Source: Pseudobdellovibrionaceae bacterium
GTDB lineage: Bacteria; Bdellovibrionota; Bdellovibrionia; Bdellovibrionales; Bdellovibrionaceae
Assembly: GCA_044359815.1 (NCBI GenBank)
Contig: JBIKLL010000003.1
Span: forward strand, 65,720 to 129,719
Reading direction: 5' to 3'
DNA length: 64,000 nt
Part shown: positions 40,804 to 49,783 of the stretch, one piece after another
Layout: the number at the start of each line of letters is the position of its first letter
How positions within the stretch are numbered: position 1 is the stretch's first letter
Program-made: the position numbers and the translations under genes
Notes under the pieces: generated by a model
Database searches by the model: none
What the model was told of the DNA's origin: nothing
What the model saw: only the letters and a program-made list of their open reading frames with translations

Positions 40804-42999
40804 GTGCTTATACTAACAATTGATCCTTCGCTTACAAAGCAACATGTACGAAACGTGGTTTTTAGATCTTACATTCTATATGTAAAGTCTAAGTATCCAG
40901 ACATTGATTTAGATATTGTCTGCCAGGAAATTGGGCTAACTAAAGAGTACTTACTTAATGAAAATAACTGGGTGTCAGTTGAAGTAGACTATCTGTTTGT
41001 CGAAAAATTAAAATTATTGACTCGTGATCCTGAGTTGTCAGAAAAAGCAGGAGCTTTTGGTGTTCAGCCACATGTTTCTGGTAATTTATTAAATTATCTT
41101 TTCAATTCAATTGTGAATATAAATCTAGTGTATCAAAATTTTCCGCTTCTAATTAATATGTTTAATAAATTTATTAAGCTCAAAATTGTAAATAAAGAGG
41201 GCAATGAATTGACTTATGTACTTGAGCGAAATTACCAAATATTAGATAGCTACGAGAAAGAGATAGCTGATAAACTGATCAAAGAGATTGCCAAGAATAT
41301 TTCCGGATATTTTTCAAGTTATCCAAAGCAAAGAGGTTTGCCAACTGCGCTGGTGAAAATTACAGAGCTAAATGAATTTATCGAAATGAAAGTTCTTTTG
41401 CCTGCACAAGGAAAAATTCTTAGTTTTGATTATAAAATCAATTTCTTTTCTGCGGTACTTCTCTTTGCAATATCTCTTGGATTAAAAGTAATTTATCCCT
41501 CTTCCTTTAAGATTTTATTATTCGTAGATGTTTTAATGTATGTGGCTATATTTAGCGTTTTTAGGGAAGTTAAGCGACTTAGACTTGTTTCAAGGGAAGC
41601 AAAAGAGAATCTTAGCACGATGGACAGTCAGTACAAAAGCCTTGAGGAAACCAAAATTGCACTCCAGGCGAAACTTCGAGATACAGATGCTATACGGACA
41701 TTGGTTGATAACTTGCTGGCAGCTAATTCAGAAGATGAAATTCTGTCCAAGGCAACTAAGACTTTAAATCAGGTTTTAAAATTTGATCGAATTGTTATTC
41801 TAATGGCAAACGAGTCCAAAACTTTCTTGCAATACAGAAATTCACTTGGGGTATCTACTTTGCCTACGGAACAATTGATTAATTTTAAGTTAAAAATTGA
41901 TATTGATAGTAGTGACAGTACTAAACTGAGTAATGTCTATAGGATGAACTGGCCGATTTTAATTGCTGATGTAAAGGCCCATGTTCAAAATCTTGAAGAT
42001 CCTGAAAGTAAATTCTATTTAGAGAAATCAGGCTCAAAGTCATTTATAGCTGTACCATTGTCTTCCGGATCTGATCGATTTGGTGTATTAATAGTTGATA
42101 ATTTCTCACCATCAAAAACGTTGAATGCAGGTGATAAGGAGTTATTGACCTTAGCTGGGCAGCAAATTGGAATCGCAATTGAAAAAGAACGGGCAAAATC
42201 AAATTTGATTACTAGCTTGAATTATCAAGTTGATCTTTCGCAAGCATATGCAAAATTCGTATCATTGGAAAGTATGAAATTCCTTGGATATAAGGATATT
42301 TTCGATGTGAAAATTGGCGACGGGGCAGAAAAGACATTGAGTATTCTTTTTAGTGATATTCGTGACTTTTCTTCGTTATGTGAAACCATGTCGCCAACAG
42401 ATGTTTTGAAATTTTTAAACTCATTTTTTGGCAGAATCGGTCCAATTGTAAAAGCAAACAATGGAATTGTTGATAAATTTATTGGCGATTGTCTAATGGC
42501 AGTTTTTAAAAGTCCTACAGATGCATTGCGAGCAGGAATTGAAATACAAAGAGATTTAGTAAAATACAATTTAGAACGTAGAATCGGTGGCAGAAAATTG
42601 ATTGAAGTAGGCATTGGCATTTGTACTGGCCCAGTAATCTTGGGCACGCTAGGCTCTTACGAAAAAATCGAAATAACTGTTTTATCGGACACAGTTAATA
42701 TAGCTTCAAGATTAGACGGAATGTGTAAGGATCTTAAGGCAAGAATCTTAATTTCAGGTCAGTCCATGGACTTTACTCTTGCACGAGAAGGCTGTTTCGA
42801 GATTGACCACGGAATGTTGCCGGTAAAAGGAAAGCATAAAAACGTTAAAATTATTGAAATTGTGGATCCTAAGCTCTCAGAAGTATTTTTAAATGAAAAT
42901 TTGAATTTAAATGGTACCGAAGCTGGCGAGTATTTTGAAAAAATCAAAAAAGAAGTTAATGATAAGAAAAACAGAGTCAATCAAAGAAAAGTTGCTTAA
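40804..42999 (+). CDS. Membrane sensor class III adenylate cyclase (N-terminal ligand-binding-like domain, 2 TM, coiled coil, GAF, cyclase)
   Basis: LFSDIRDFS, DKFIGD, GIGICTGPV, ITVLSDTVNIASRL; GAF motif SFIAVPL...FGVLIVDN. Confidence 0.88.
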   Translation: MLILTIDPSLTKQHVRNVVFRSYILYVKSKYPDIDLDIVCQEIGLTKEYLLNENNWVSVEVDYLFVEKLKLLTRDPELSEKAGAFGVQPHVSGNLLNYLFNSIVNINLVYQNFPLLINMFNKFIKLKIVNKEGNELTYVLERNYQILDSYEKEIADKLIKEIAKNISGYFSSYPKQRGLPTALVKITELNEFIEMKVLLPAQGKILSFDYKINFFSAVLLFAISLGLKVIYPSSFKILLFVDVLMYVAIFSVFREVKRLRLVSREAKENLSTMDSQYKSLEETKIALQAKLRDTDAIRTLVDNLLAANSEDEILSKATKTLNQVLKFDRIVILMANESKTFLQYRNSLGVSTLPTEQLINFKLKIDIDSSDSTKLSNVYRMNWPILIADVKAHVQNLEDPESKFYLEKSGSKSFIAVPLSSGSDRFGVLIVDNFSPSKTLNAGDKELLTLAGQQIGIAIEKERAKSNLITSLNYQVDLSQAYAKFVSLESMKFLGYKDIFDVKIGDGAEKTLSILFSDIRDFSSLCETMSPTDVLKFLNSFFGRIGPIVKANNGIVDKFIGDCLMAVFKSPTDALRAGIEIQRDLVKYNLERRIGGRKLIEVGIGICTGPVILGTLGSYEKIEITVLSDTVNIASRLDGMCKDLKARILISGQSMDFTLAREGCFEIDHGMLPVKGKHKNVKIIEIVDPKLSEVFLNENLNLNGTEAGEYFEKIKKEVNDKKNRVNQRKVA

Positions 43000-44453
43000 T
43001 ATTTCCTGCGAGTTAACGGATTTGGAATTAAGGCTAACAAATCAAAAATCCAGTTAGTAACTGAAAACCCTTTTTTGTGCTTATTTATAAATTTAGTAAT
43101 ATGATGATAAATTACAAGCCATTTAATTGGTGATGTAACTTTAAATGCAGTGATGTCAGATTTTTTCGCTACTATTACATGATGCTCGAGTTGAGCCAAA
43201 AATGGGTGAAGGTAACTGACCCCTGTTTTTTTAAAGCCTAGCTTCAGATAAATGTTTATGAGTTTCATGTCTGCGGACGTGATTATCCTAGATCTTGGTG
43301 ACAAAGAAAATACTTTGTAAATGTGTTCAAATAGCCTTAGCAACAGGTCGCCTTTTCTGTAAGAGGGATCTGTGCAAAGCCTTGAAATTTCAATAATATC
43401 TTTTTTGTTTTTATAGATTTCTTTTTTTTGACCAAAAATCGCGCGCTCTGTATCCAGAATCTCTGAATCACTCTCTGGAAAGCTCATGGCAACGCTAGCG
43501 ACCAACTTTTCACCATGATAGGCCAACAATATTCTGCTGATATTATCCAATGGTGCAGCTAAATCCCTAAACGTCATCCCTTCCTTTGTTTTGCCGGCAG
43601 CTTTGTAGGCCGCAAACCGCAATTTTAAAACCTGCTCGTATTCCTCTTGATCGCGCAAATATCGAAACCTAAATGTGTTGGCGATGTTTTTTACTTTAAA
43701 ACGCGCTTGCCTGATTTTTTCAGGGGTTAAATCCGTATTCTGCAACAAATGATTTACCAAATCGCGTTCTAAGCTTTCGGGTAAATCCAAAATTTCCACA
43801 TTCACAATCGTGTGCTCGGCATCCTTGGGCGTGATCTCGGTCACTATCCCATTGATCCTGGGACCCTTGGCCGCTTGGATCGCAAACATAATTTCAATCT
43901 TCATCCCCGGCAACAACAACAGCTCGCTATCAAAAACCTCTACGTTGACCTCGTTGCGATTGATACTGATTAGCCTTAGCGCTGCGCGCTCGTAATAAAA
44001 ATGATCCTTATAATAAAACCCCAATATCGGGAATGACTTTGGGATTTCAACCAGATTCGATTGCGCTTCCTTGGGTTTGTAGCCTTCTATCCGTGTCGAG
44101 TTCGTACTGCGAAACCCAATCCTAAACTGATTATCGTTAAAATCCTCGATCCAGCAGCATTTATAAATCCCACTGGCCTTGGTTTTTTTTGGACTGCTGT
44201 TTAACACAAACTGCAGCTCTATCTGATAGTCCTGCACCAGATTTATATGATCGCGGATTTCTTTGGGCACTACGATGCACAAACCCTGCAACGAAAAATC
44301 ATAAACCCTGACATCAATCGGTTCATTAAAATGATCCAATCTGATGGCGGCATCTATGCCCTCATGGGGTCTGACGTCGATCCGTTTGATCGTGCGTTTT
44401 TTATCAACGACCAGTGGTCGTTTGGATGGGTGTTTTTTTTTAGCCGGGCTCAT
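42996..44453 (-). CDS. PilZ-domain / GNAT acyltransferase fusion (FeeM/LuxI-like C-terminus)
   Basis: RTIKR plus DFSLQG (PilZ c-di-GMP motifs); C-terminal EEYEQVLKLRFAAY...EISRLCTDPSYR...IYLKLGF. Confidence 0.72.
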   Translation of the reverse strand: MSPAKKKHPSKRPLVVDKKRTIKRIDVRPHEGIDAAIRLDHFNEPIDVRVYDFSLQGLCIVVPKEIRDHINLVQDYQIELQFVLNSSPKKTKASGIYKCCWIEDFNDNQFRIGFRSTNSTRIEGYKPKEAQSNLVEIPKSFPILGFYYKDHFYYERAALRLISINRNEVNVEVFDSELLLLPGMKIEIMFAIQAAKGPRINGIVTEITPKDAEHTIVNVEILDLPESLERDLVNHLLQNTDLTPEKIRQARFKVKNIANTFRFRYLRDQEEYEQVLKLRFAAYKAAGKTKEGMTFRDLAAPLDNISRILLAYHGEKLVASVAMSFPESDSEILDTERAIFGQKKEIYKNKKDIIEISRLCTDPSYRKGDLLLRLFEHIYKVFSLSPRSRIITSADMKLINIYLKLGFKKTGVSYLHPFLAQLEHHVIVAKKSDITAFKVTSPIKWLVIYHHITKFINKHKKGFSVTNWIFDLLALIPNPLTRRKY

Positions 44454-44813
44454 CAGTCAGTTTATCGGGATTACCCACGGCATTCATTAATGATTAACGT
44501 TTTGATGGTGACTAAGGTCTTGGGTTTTAAATTTCTGCTGGGACTTTTGGTTGGTCACCGCCACCATGGAGGTAGGCAATTGCGGCATGACCAAGGTCGC
44601 ATACATACGCAAACTTTGATCACAAAATCTAATACCAAAAATAATAAATAATTTCAGATGGTTAGTGTCGTTGTGCCCGAAAATCCAGCATCAATATTGC
44701 AATCAATATTCACTGAGGGCTAAGTCAGAAATTTCAGAACACATGGACACCACAATTATGATTTCAGCTAAATCCTCGTAACCATTAACCGGTTTTACAA
44801 AGGGGTGTGTCTT

Positions 44814-45458
44814 ATGGACGTGAAAGGAGAATTCGGGATCGCAAAAATCAACGCTGATCCCGGTGACCACGAGTTGGTCGAGCAAGTAAAAAATGGAATG
44901 AGGTCTGCATTTTCTTTGCTGGTGCGCAGACATCAGAAAGGTTTGCTGCGACTTTGCTACCGATTCGTTAAGGATTTAGATACCGCCGAGGACGTCGTGC
45001 AAGAAACTTTCATAAAAGTTTTTGAGCGACTGCACACATTCGAAGCCCGTGCTTCGTTCAAAAGCTGGCTGTATCAAATCGCCATCAACACGGCGAAAAA
45101 TAAAATCCGCAGTCACCGCAGTGATGTCAGTAATATTGATGACGTGCATTTATCCGTTGCGGCCAGTGCTGAATCTGGTCTGATACAAAACGCCGTCAGT
45201 ATGATGTTGCAAAAATACGTTGAAAAATTGCCGCACAAACAAAAAACGGCTTTAGTGTTGCGAATCTACGAAGATCTGTCTTTCAAAGAAATCGCCGAAA
45301 TTATGGAATGCCCGTATGACACGGCAAAGGCCAATTACAGACATGCACTGTTGAGTTTGAAAGAAGAAATTCAAAACAACAGCGAGCTTAAAGGTTGGTC
45401 CCAAGAATTCGGTGGATTGTTTACCGAGATGACTCGCAAAGCAGTGGAGGCCGAATGA
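44814..45458 (+). CDS. ECF RNA polymerase sigma factor
   Basis: AEDVVQETFIKV, FKSWLYQIAINT, LSFKEIAEIMECP. Confidence 0.92.
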   Translation: MDVKGEFGIAKINADPGDHELVEQVKNGMRSAFSLLVRRHQKGLLRLCYRFVKDLDTAEDVVQETFIKVFERLHTFEARASFKSWLYQIAINTAKNKIRSHRSDVSNIDDVHLSVAASAESGLIQNAVSMMLQKYVEKLPHKQKTALVLRIYEDLSFKEIAEIMECPYDTAKANYRHALLSLKEEIQNNSELKGWSQEFGGLFTEMTRKAVEAE

Positions 45459-46021
45459 AAAACGATTTATGGTGGCTTGAATACCTGGAGGGCGAACTGG
45501 ATGCGCGCTCTGATGATATGAAATTGATTTTAAAACGTTCGATGGCGGACCAAGTCGCAATTAATGAAATCGAAGGTCTCAAGGCTCAGCTGCGGACTGA
45601 AAAACCGATTCAGGAAGTTGATGATTTGTCTGATGATTATTTTGATCAATTGCATGACAAAATCATGGCAGGCATCGACACGGGTATTGAAAACCAAATC
45701 GCCAGTCGCGAAAGCAATTTTGCAAAGCTGATGCAGGTCCGTCAATCGGCCTTGATATTGGCGCAAAAGCGTAAAGCTTGGCTTAAGGCTGCGGCAGCAC
45801 CAGCATTGTTTGCAATGTTGATGTTTGGGTCTTTTCATCTGACTCGGTCGCCAGCAACCGTTGGGTCCAGCGACAGGGTTTTGCAGATGGCCATGAGCGA
45901 GCCTTCGGCGTTTATATCGATGGTCAGTCATGAAAATCCAAATGATTTCTTTGCTGACGTTGCCAATCAAAGCGAGCATAATTTATCCTTAAGGGAAATG
46001 GAGCAGCTGATGGGGGAATAA
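45455..46021 (+). CDS. Putative anti-sigma factor (single TM)
   Basis: ATGA overlap with the sigma gene; YLEGELD N-terminus; DDYFDQLHDKIM; one TM segment. Confidence 0.7.
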   Translation: MKNDLWWLEYLEGELDARSDDMKLILKRSMADQVAINEIEGLKAQLRTEKPIQEVDDLSDDYFDQLHDKIMAGIDTGIENQIASRESNFAKLMQVRQSALILAQKRKAWLKAAAAPALFAMLMFGSFHLTRSPATVGSSDRVLQMAMSEPSAFISMVSHENPNDFFADVANQSEHNLSLREMEQLMGE

Positions 46022-46178
46022 ATTCTTCTGTCGGTGTGAATGCCACGCACCTGGAGGAATTTTTGTGCCCAGATTTGATATTTGCTCGTTCAGATTTTTT
46101 AAGAGTGATTGTGAATTAACAAATAGCGCGTTCAGATTTAATTTTTTTGCATCTGAAAATGATATTGCTCAATATAAT

Positions 46179-46213
46179 AGGCCTGCCCCGACATCGGTGC
46201 GGGCCTTTTTTTT
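46179..46213 (+). terminator. Putative intrinsic terminator
   Basis: aggcctgc...gcgggcct hairpin followed by a T-run. Confidence 0.65.
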
Positions 46214-46214
46214 G

Positions 46215-46670
46215 ATGGATGGGATTTTTTCAAATGTTTTGCCGATCAGCAAAAAACTGCAAATTTTAGTCTGCATAATTTTGATTTTTTGCTTTAGCGG
46301 TGTGGTACACGCGGCTGATTACAAACAACGGCTTGAGGAATTATTTATCTGGAAGGTTTCCGAGGAATTAAAACTTGATCCGGCCGAGGAGAAAAAATTT
46401 GGCGACACTGTCCGCGATATCAATAAATCCAAAGCGGCTTTGCAAAAAGATTTGGACGATCAGATTGATCGGATCAAGGCTGCCGGCGAAAAGGATTTAA
46501 AAAAAGAGCTTAACAACTACAAATCCAAATTAAAAAAATATAATGATCTGGCTGTATCCGAGGTCGATCGTATCAAGCGTGCCATCGGCGATCAAAAAAC
46601 CGCCCGCTACCTGGTGCTAAAATCCGAACTGTCAACCAAGCTCAAATCCATGCTGTCCGAGAAAAACTGA
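46215..46670 (+). CDS. Periplasmic helical protein, Spy/CpxP-like
   Basis: Signal peptide ending VHA; EELKLDPAEEKKF; position downstream of sigma/anti-sigma; start uncertain. Confidence 0.6.
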   Translation: MDGIFSNVLPISKKLQILVCIILIFCFSGVVHAADYKQRLEELFIWKVSEELKLDPAEEKKFGDTVRDINKSKAALQKDLDDQIDRIKAAGEKDLKKELNNYKSKLKKYNDLAVSEVDRIKRAIGDQKTARYLVLKSELSTKLKSMLSEKN

Positions 46671-46713
46671 TTTACAAGTCAGTTTCCGATTGGGAGTTTA
46701 GATTGCACAAATA

Positions 46714-46740
46714 AAAAACTCCGCAAGACGCGGAGTTTTT
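46714..46740. terminator. Bidirectional intrinsic terminator
   Basis: aaaaactccgc aagac gcggagttttt between convergent genes. Confidence 0.8.
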
Positions 46741-46774
46741 AGTTAGTTTAATCAATTGTCAATTTGCCAATTTT

Positions 46775-47398
46775 TTAGTTATGTCGGCCACCGAACAAAA
46801 TGGGCTGAGGTAATGCAGCGGCTTGTTTGTCGTAGGATTTTTGGATCATGCAAGCTTTCAATACTGAATTTGAACCACCAACCGAAGTTGTGGTAAACTG
46901 ATGATCGGCAGGAGTTTTAGCCTTTTGTTCCTGATACAATCCAACATATCCAGCTTCACATTTTGGTTTTGATACAATCATTTTATCACCGGCGCTACTT
47001 ATTGGTAATACACAATTTGAGCTGACAACCGTGCATAGTTTGGTTGCTTTGGTACCCTTAGTGGGTTTTTGCACATTCAACAAAGTCACAGGGAGTTTGT
47101 TATCAACTGGTGTTATGTTTTTGCAGTCAATTGCTGCATTTTTGTCACGATCACAGGTGAATTTTCCAATCAGAAATTTGGAATCAAAATATTTTTGTTC
47201 ATCAAAACTTTTTTTAGCTAATTTTTGACATTTTTTACTGTCGGTTTCAGAGCAGACATAATTAAAAGACTTTTTGGAGTTTTCAGAATCCGCCATTGAA
47301 TCTGACGATCCTGATCCATCCACGACCCCAGTAGCTAATTCGCTATCTGCCATTGCTGAACAAGTCAGTGCTAAAACCAAAAAAAATGCCTTCATCAT
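46775..47398 (-). CDS. Hypothetical secreted Cys-rich protein
   Basis: AAGGAG SD; signal peptide; 8 Cys in mature part. Confidence 0.75.
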   Translation of the reverse strand: MMKAFFLVLALTCSAMADSELATGVVDGSGSSDSMADSENSKKSFNYVCSETDSKKCQKLAKKSFDEQKYFDSKFLIGKFTCDRDKNAAIDCKNITPVDNKLPVTLLNVQKPTKGTKATKLCTVVSSNCVLPISSAGDKMIVSKPKCEAGYVGLYQEQKAKTPADHQFTTTSVGGSNSVLKACMIQKSYDKQAAALPQPILFGGRHN

Positions 47399-47695
47399 GA
47401 ATCTCCTTGTTAGATTTAATAGGTATGAAAAACACTATTGCGAGGGTTGGACCAGGCTGAATACCCCCTATTTTGCAGGGGGTAAAATTATACCAGCAGG
47501 GGTGTTGGGTCTGAATCAGCAGTCGTAAAAGAGTTCGACACCGGTATTTTTCAAGTTGGGAAGCTTCTAAATAATTATCTATTTAGGTAAATTTTTTGTG
47601 GTGTCGATTTGTTATCTGAATCATTGGAATAGAAATTGCTGTCTCTTGATCAAACCGATCTGTTGGTGCGAAATATCGCCATATATAGGAGACAG

Positions 47696-47896
47696 ATGAA
47701 ATCATTGAGGACCTGTATTGTCATTTTGATGAGCCTTTCTACAATTGGTCAATTTGCATGGGGTGACTGGGGACAGTCGAGCTCAAATGCTAAAGCAATC
47801 GAAATAAAGCTGAACTTAACTCAGAAAATTCTGATTTTTTTTTCACCCGGCGGAGGCAATGGTATTAAAACAAAAAACATTGTGATTTTAAAATGA
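47696..47896 (+). CDS. Short signal-peptide ORF, possibly the 5' half of a frameshifted gene
   Basis: AGGAGA SD; MKSLRTCIVILMSLSTIGQFAWG; overlaps the next ORF. Confidence 0.45.
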   Translation: MKSLRTCIVILMSLSTIGQFAWGDWGQSSSNAKAIEIKLNLTQKILIFFSPGGGNGIKTKNIVILK

Positions 47897-48402
47897 TTTT
47901 TAATTTCGGAGCAAAGATGGCCCTAAAAAAATTTACTAAGTATTTGTTGGAATATACAAAATCTCACCCGCCTTATTCTGAAGTTCCTTCCGAGGTTTGG
48001 GCCAATTTGTTGCAGAATAGTAAGGAAATTTATTGGCAGATTATAAATGATAAAAACATTCAATCTCGGAATTATAACTTGGGATACTTTATATCTTTTA
48101 TCAGGTGCAAACGCGATGAAATCAATGATCAGTTTGATTTAAAGTTAATTGAAGTTGCTTCCCACCTGTTCTGGTACCGAATCTACGCGCCTATTACTTA
48201 TGAAATGGTGGCTGATCTGTTTGAAGCTGACTTAAAGCTGATAAACAAATATCTAAATTCAAATGCAAAAAATTTCGATTCTTTGCCTGAAGCAGATTTA
48301 CAATATAAAGCGCACGAACAACGGCTGGAAGAACTGATGGCCAAAGACCCTGTACTCAAGGAAATGGTTCTAAATAGACGTATGGATCCAATGGGGTACT
48401 AA
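47893..48402 (+). CDS. Hypothetical protein
   Basis: 169-aa ORF, AT-rich, no recognised motif. Confidence 0.55.
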   Translation: MIFNFGAKMALKKFTKYLLEYTKSHPPYSEVPSEVWANLLQNSKEIYWQIINDKNIQSRNYNLGYFISFIRCKRDEINDQFDLKLIEVASHLFWYRIYAPITYEMVADLFEADLKLINKYLNSNAKNFDSLPEADLQYKAHEQRLEELMAKDPVLKEMVLNRRMDPMGY

Positions 48403-48483
48403 TATGCTGAATGAGTTTGAATTCTGTTTGCTAAATTATCAGTTGATTTAAATTTGTTAGTTGTTGCTTCGTCGGATTTAAAC

Positions 48484-48512
48484 CGCACATGCTTACCGCC
48501 ACGGTGGCGGTG
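48484..48512 (+). repeat. REP-B palindromic repeat, copy 2
   Basis: cgcacatgcttaccgccacggtggcggtg. Confidence 0.75.
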
Positions 48513-48514
48513 GA

Positions 48515-49783
48515 TTATTTCATCAACAAAGCGGTCTTGTCGGTGGCGTTGGTTTTACAATGGCTAATAAAGGCAGCCCAATCGCCATTGAATTTGGTAA
48601 ACACGCTTTCGATCTGGGATAAATCATTCATATAGGTTTTGTATAACAACAGCCTTGCATTGTTTAATTTCAAATCAGGGAATTTGTCATAGGATTTGCC
48701 CCGCATTTTGGGCTTAACGGTTTCAACAAAACGCTTTTGAATCAGGGATATTCTGCTTTGCTTTAATTCTTCCTTGATTTTATCCAACTCTGATTCCTGA
48801 ATTTTTGTTTCGGCCATTCCAGTTGATTTTTTTGCATCAGAATTTGCTGAAATATCACCAGTAATCCCCTGGCCAGAGGCACTGGCCTGAGCCTTTGCCA
48901 GTTCAGGTAATTGCAGGTACCAGGATTCCAGGTCACGAAGCTCTGCAGAAATAAAATCTGCAAATAATTTATCATCAGCATTGTCGATCTTTGCAATCTT
49001 AAGAGCTTCTGATTCGGCGCCCTCGGTGGCTAAAAAAAACTCTTCAGCCCCTTTGTTACCCACAAAGGTCGCCAGTTGTTCATTAAAATCCGCATCGCTT
49101 TTGATAAACAACGTCGCATGCAGGGTTTCGTGAATGATGGTATTCACTAAATCGTAATCAGAATAATTTAGCATCGATGACAACACGGGATCCTTGAACC
49201 AACCTAATGTGCTGTAGGCCGAAACTCCGCGCACATATACATCATAACCCTTCTGTCGGTATTCATCGGCCTCGGTTTGGGCAGCGGGCTCGTTAAAATA
49301 TCCTTTGTAGGGAACCTTACCCACGATCGGGAAGCTCCAATGATAGGGGACCAGCTTCCATTTTTCAGCCACACTGACTGTCCAAGTAACATAGGGACGA
49401 TCCAGCTTTACAAATGTAGTATAGTTTTTTGATTTAACCAGAGACAATTTTGTTTCGGCAAATTCGTGGGCTTTTTGTGCCAAAATCAGTTTGCGTTTTT
49501 GCGCATCGGTCAGCTGATCATCCTGCAAAGCTTTTTCAATCGGTACCCGCGAATTTAAAAGCCCCATCTGGTTGTAAGCATTTTTAATCAAATAACTGAT
49601 CTGGCATCCGCTCAGCAGCGGCGCCGCTAGGATCATTAAGACAAAGTGATTGAATGGGATCAAGCTGGTTTTGATTAATCTAAGTCTGTTTGAAATTGGC
49701 GATGCGGTGACAGCGCCTGATTTAAACTTAATCAGATTACCGCAATGATAAATTAAATTATCAGCAAATCTTAAAATGCCCAT
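48515..49783 (-). CDS. Putative zinc aminopeptidase lipoprotein (DUF2265-like)
   Basis: LLSGC lipobox, WSFPIVGKVPYKGYF, AYSTLGWFKDP, HETLH...FNEQLA; true start probably downstream (~49636). Confidence 0.8.
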   Translation of the reverse strand: MGILRFADNLIYHCGNLIKFKSGAVTASPISNRLRLIKTSLIPFNHFVLMILAAPLLSGCQISYLIKNAYNQMGLLNSRVPIEKALQDDQLTDAQKRKLILAQKAHEFAETKLSLVKSKNYTTFVKLDRPYVTWTVSVAEKWKLVPYHWSFPIVGKVPYKGYFNEPAAQTEADEYRQKGYDVYVRGVSAYSTLGWFKDPVLSSMLNYSDYDLVNTIIHETLHATLFIKSDADFNEQLATFVGNKGAEEFFLATEGAESEALKIAKIDNADDKLFADFISAELRDLESWYLQLPELAKAQASASGQGITGDISANSDAKKSTGMAETKIQESELDKIKEELKQSRISLIQKRFVETVKPKMRGKSYDKFPDLKLNNARLLLYKTYMNDLSQIESVFTKFNGDWAAFISHCKTNATDKTALLMK

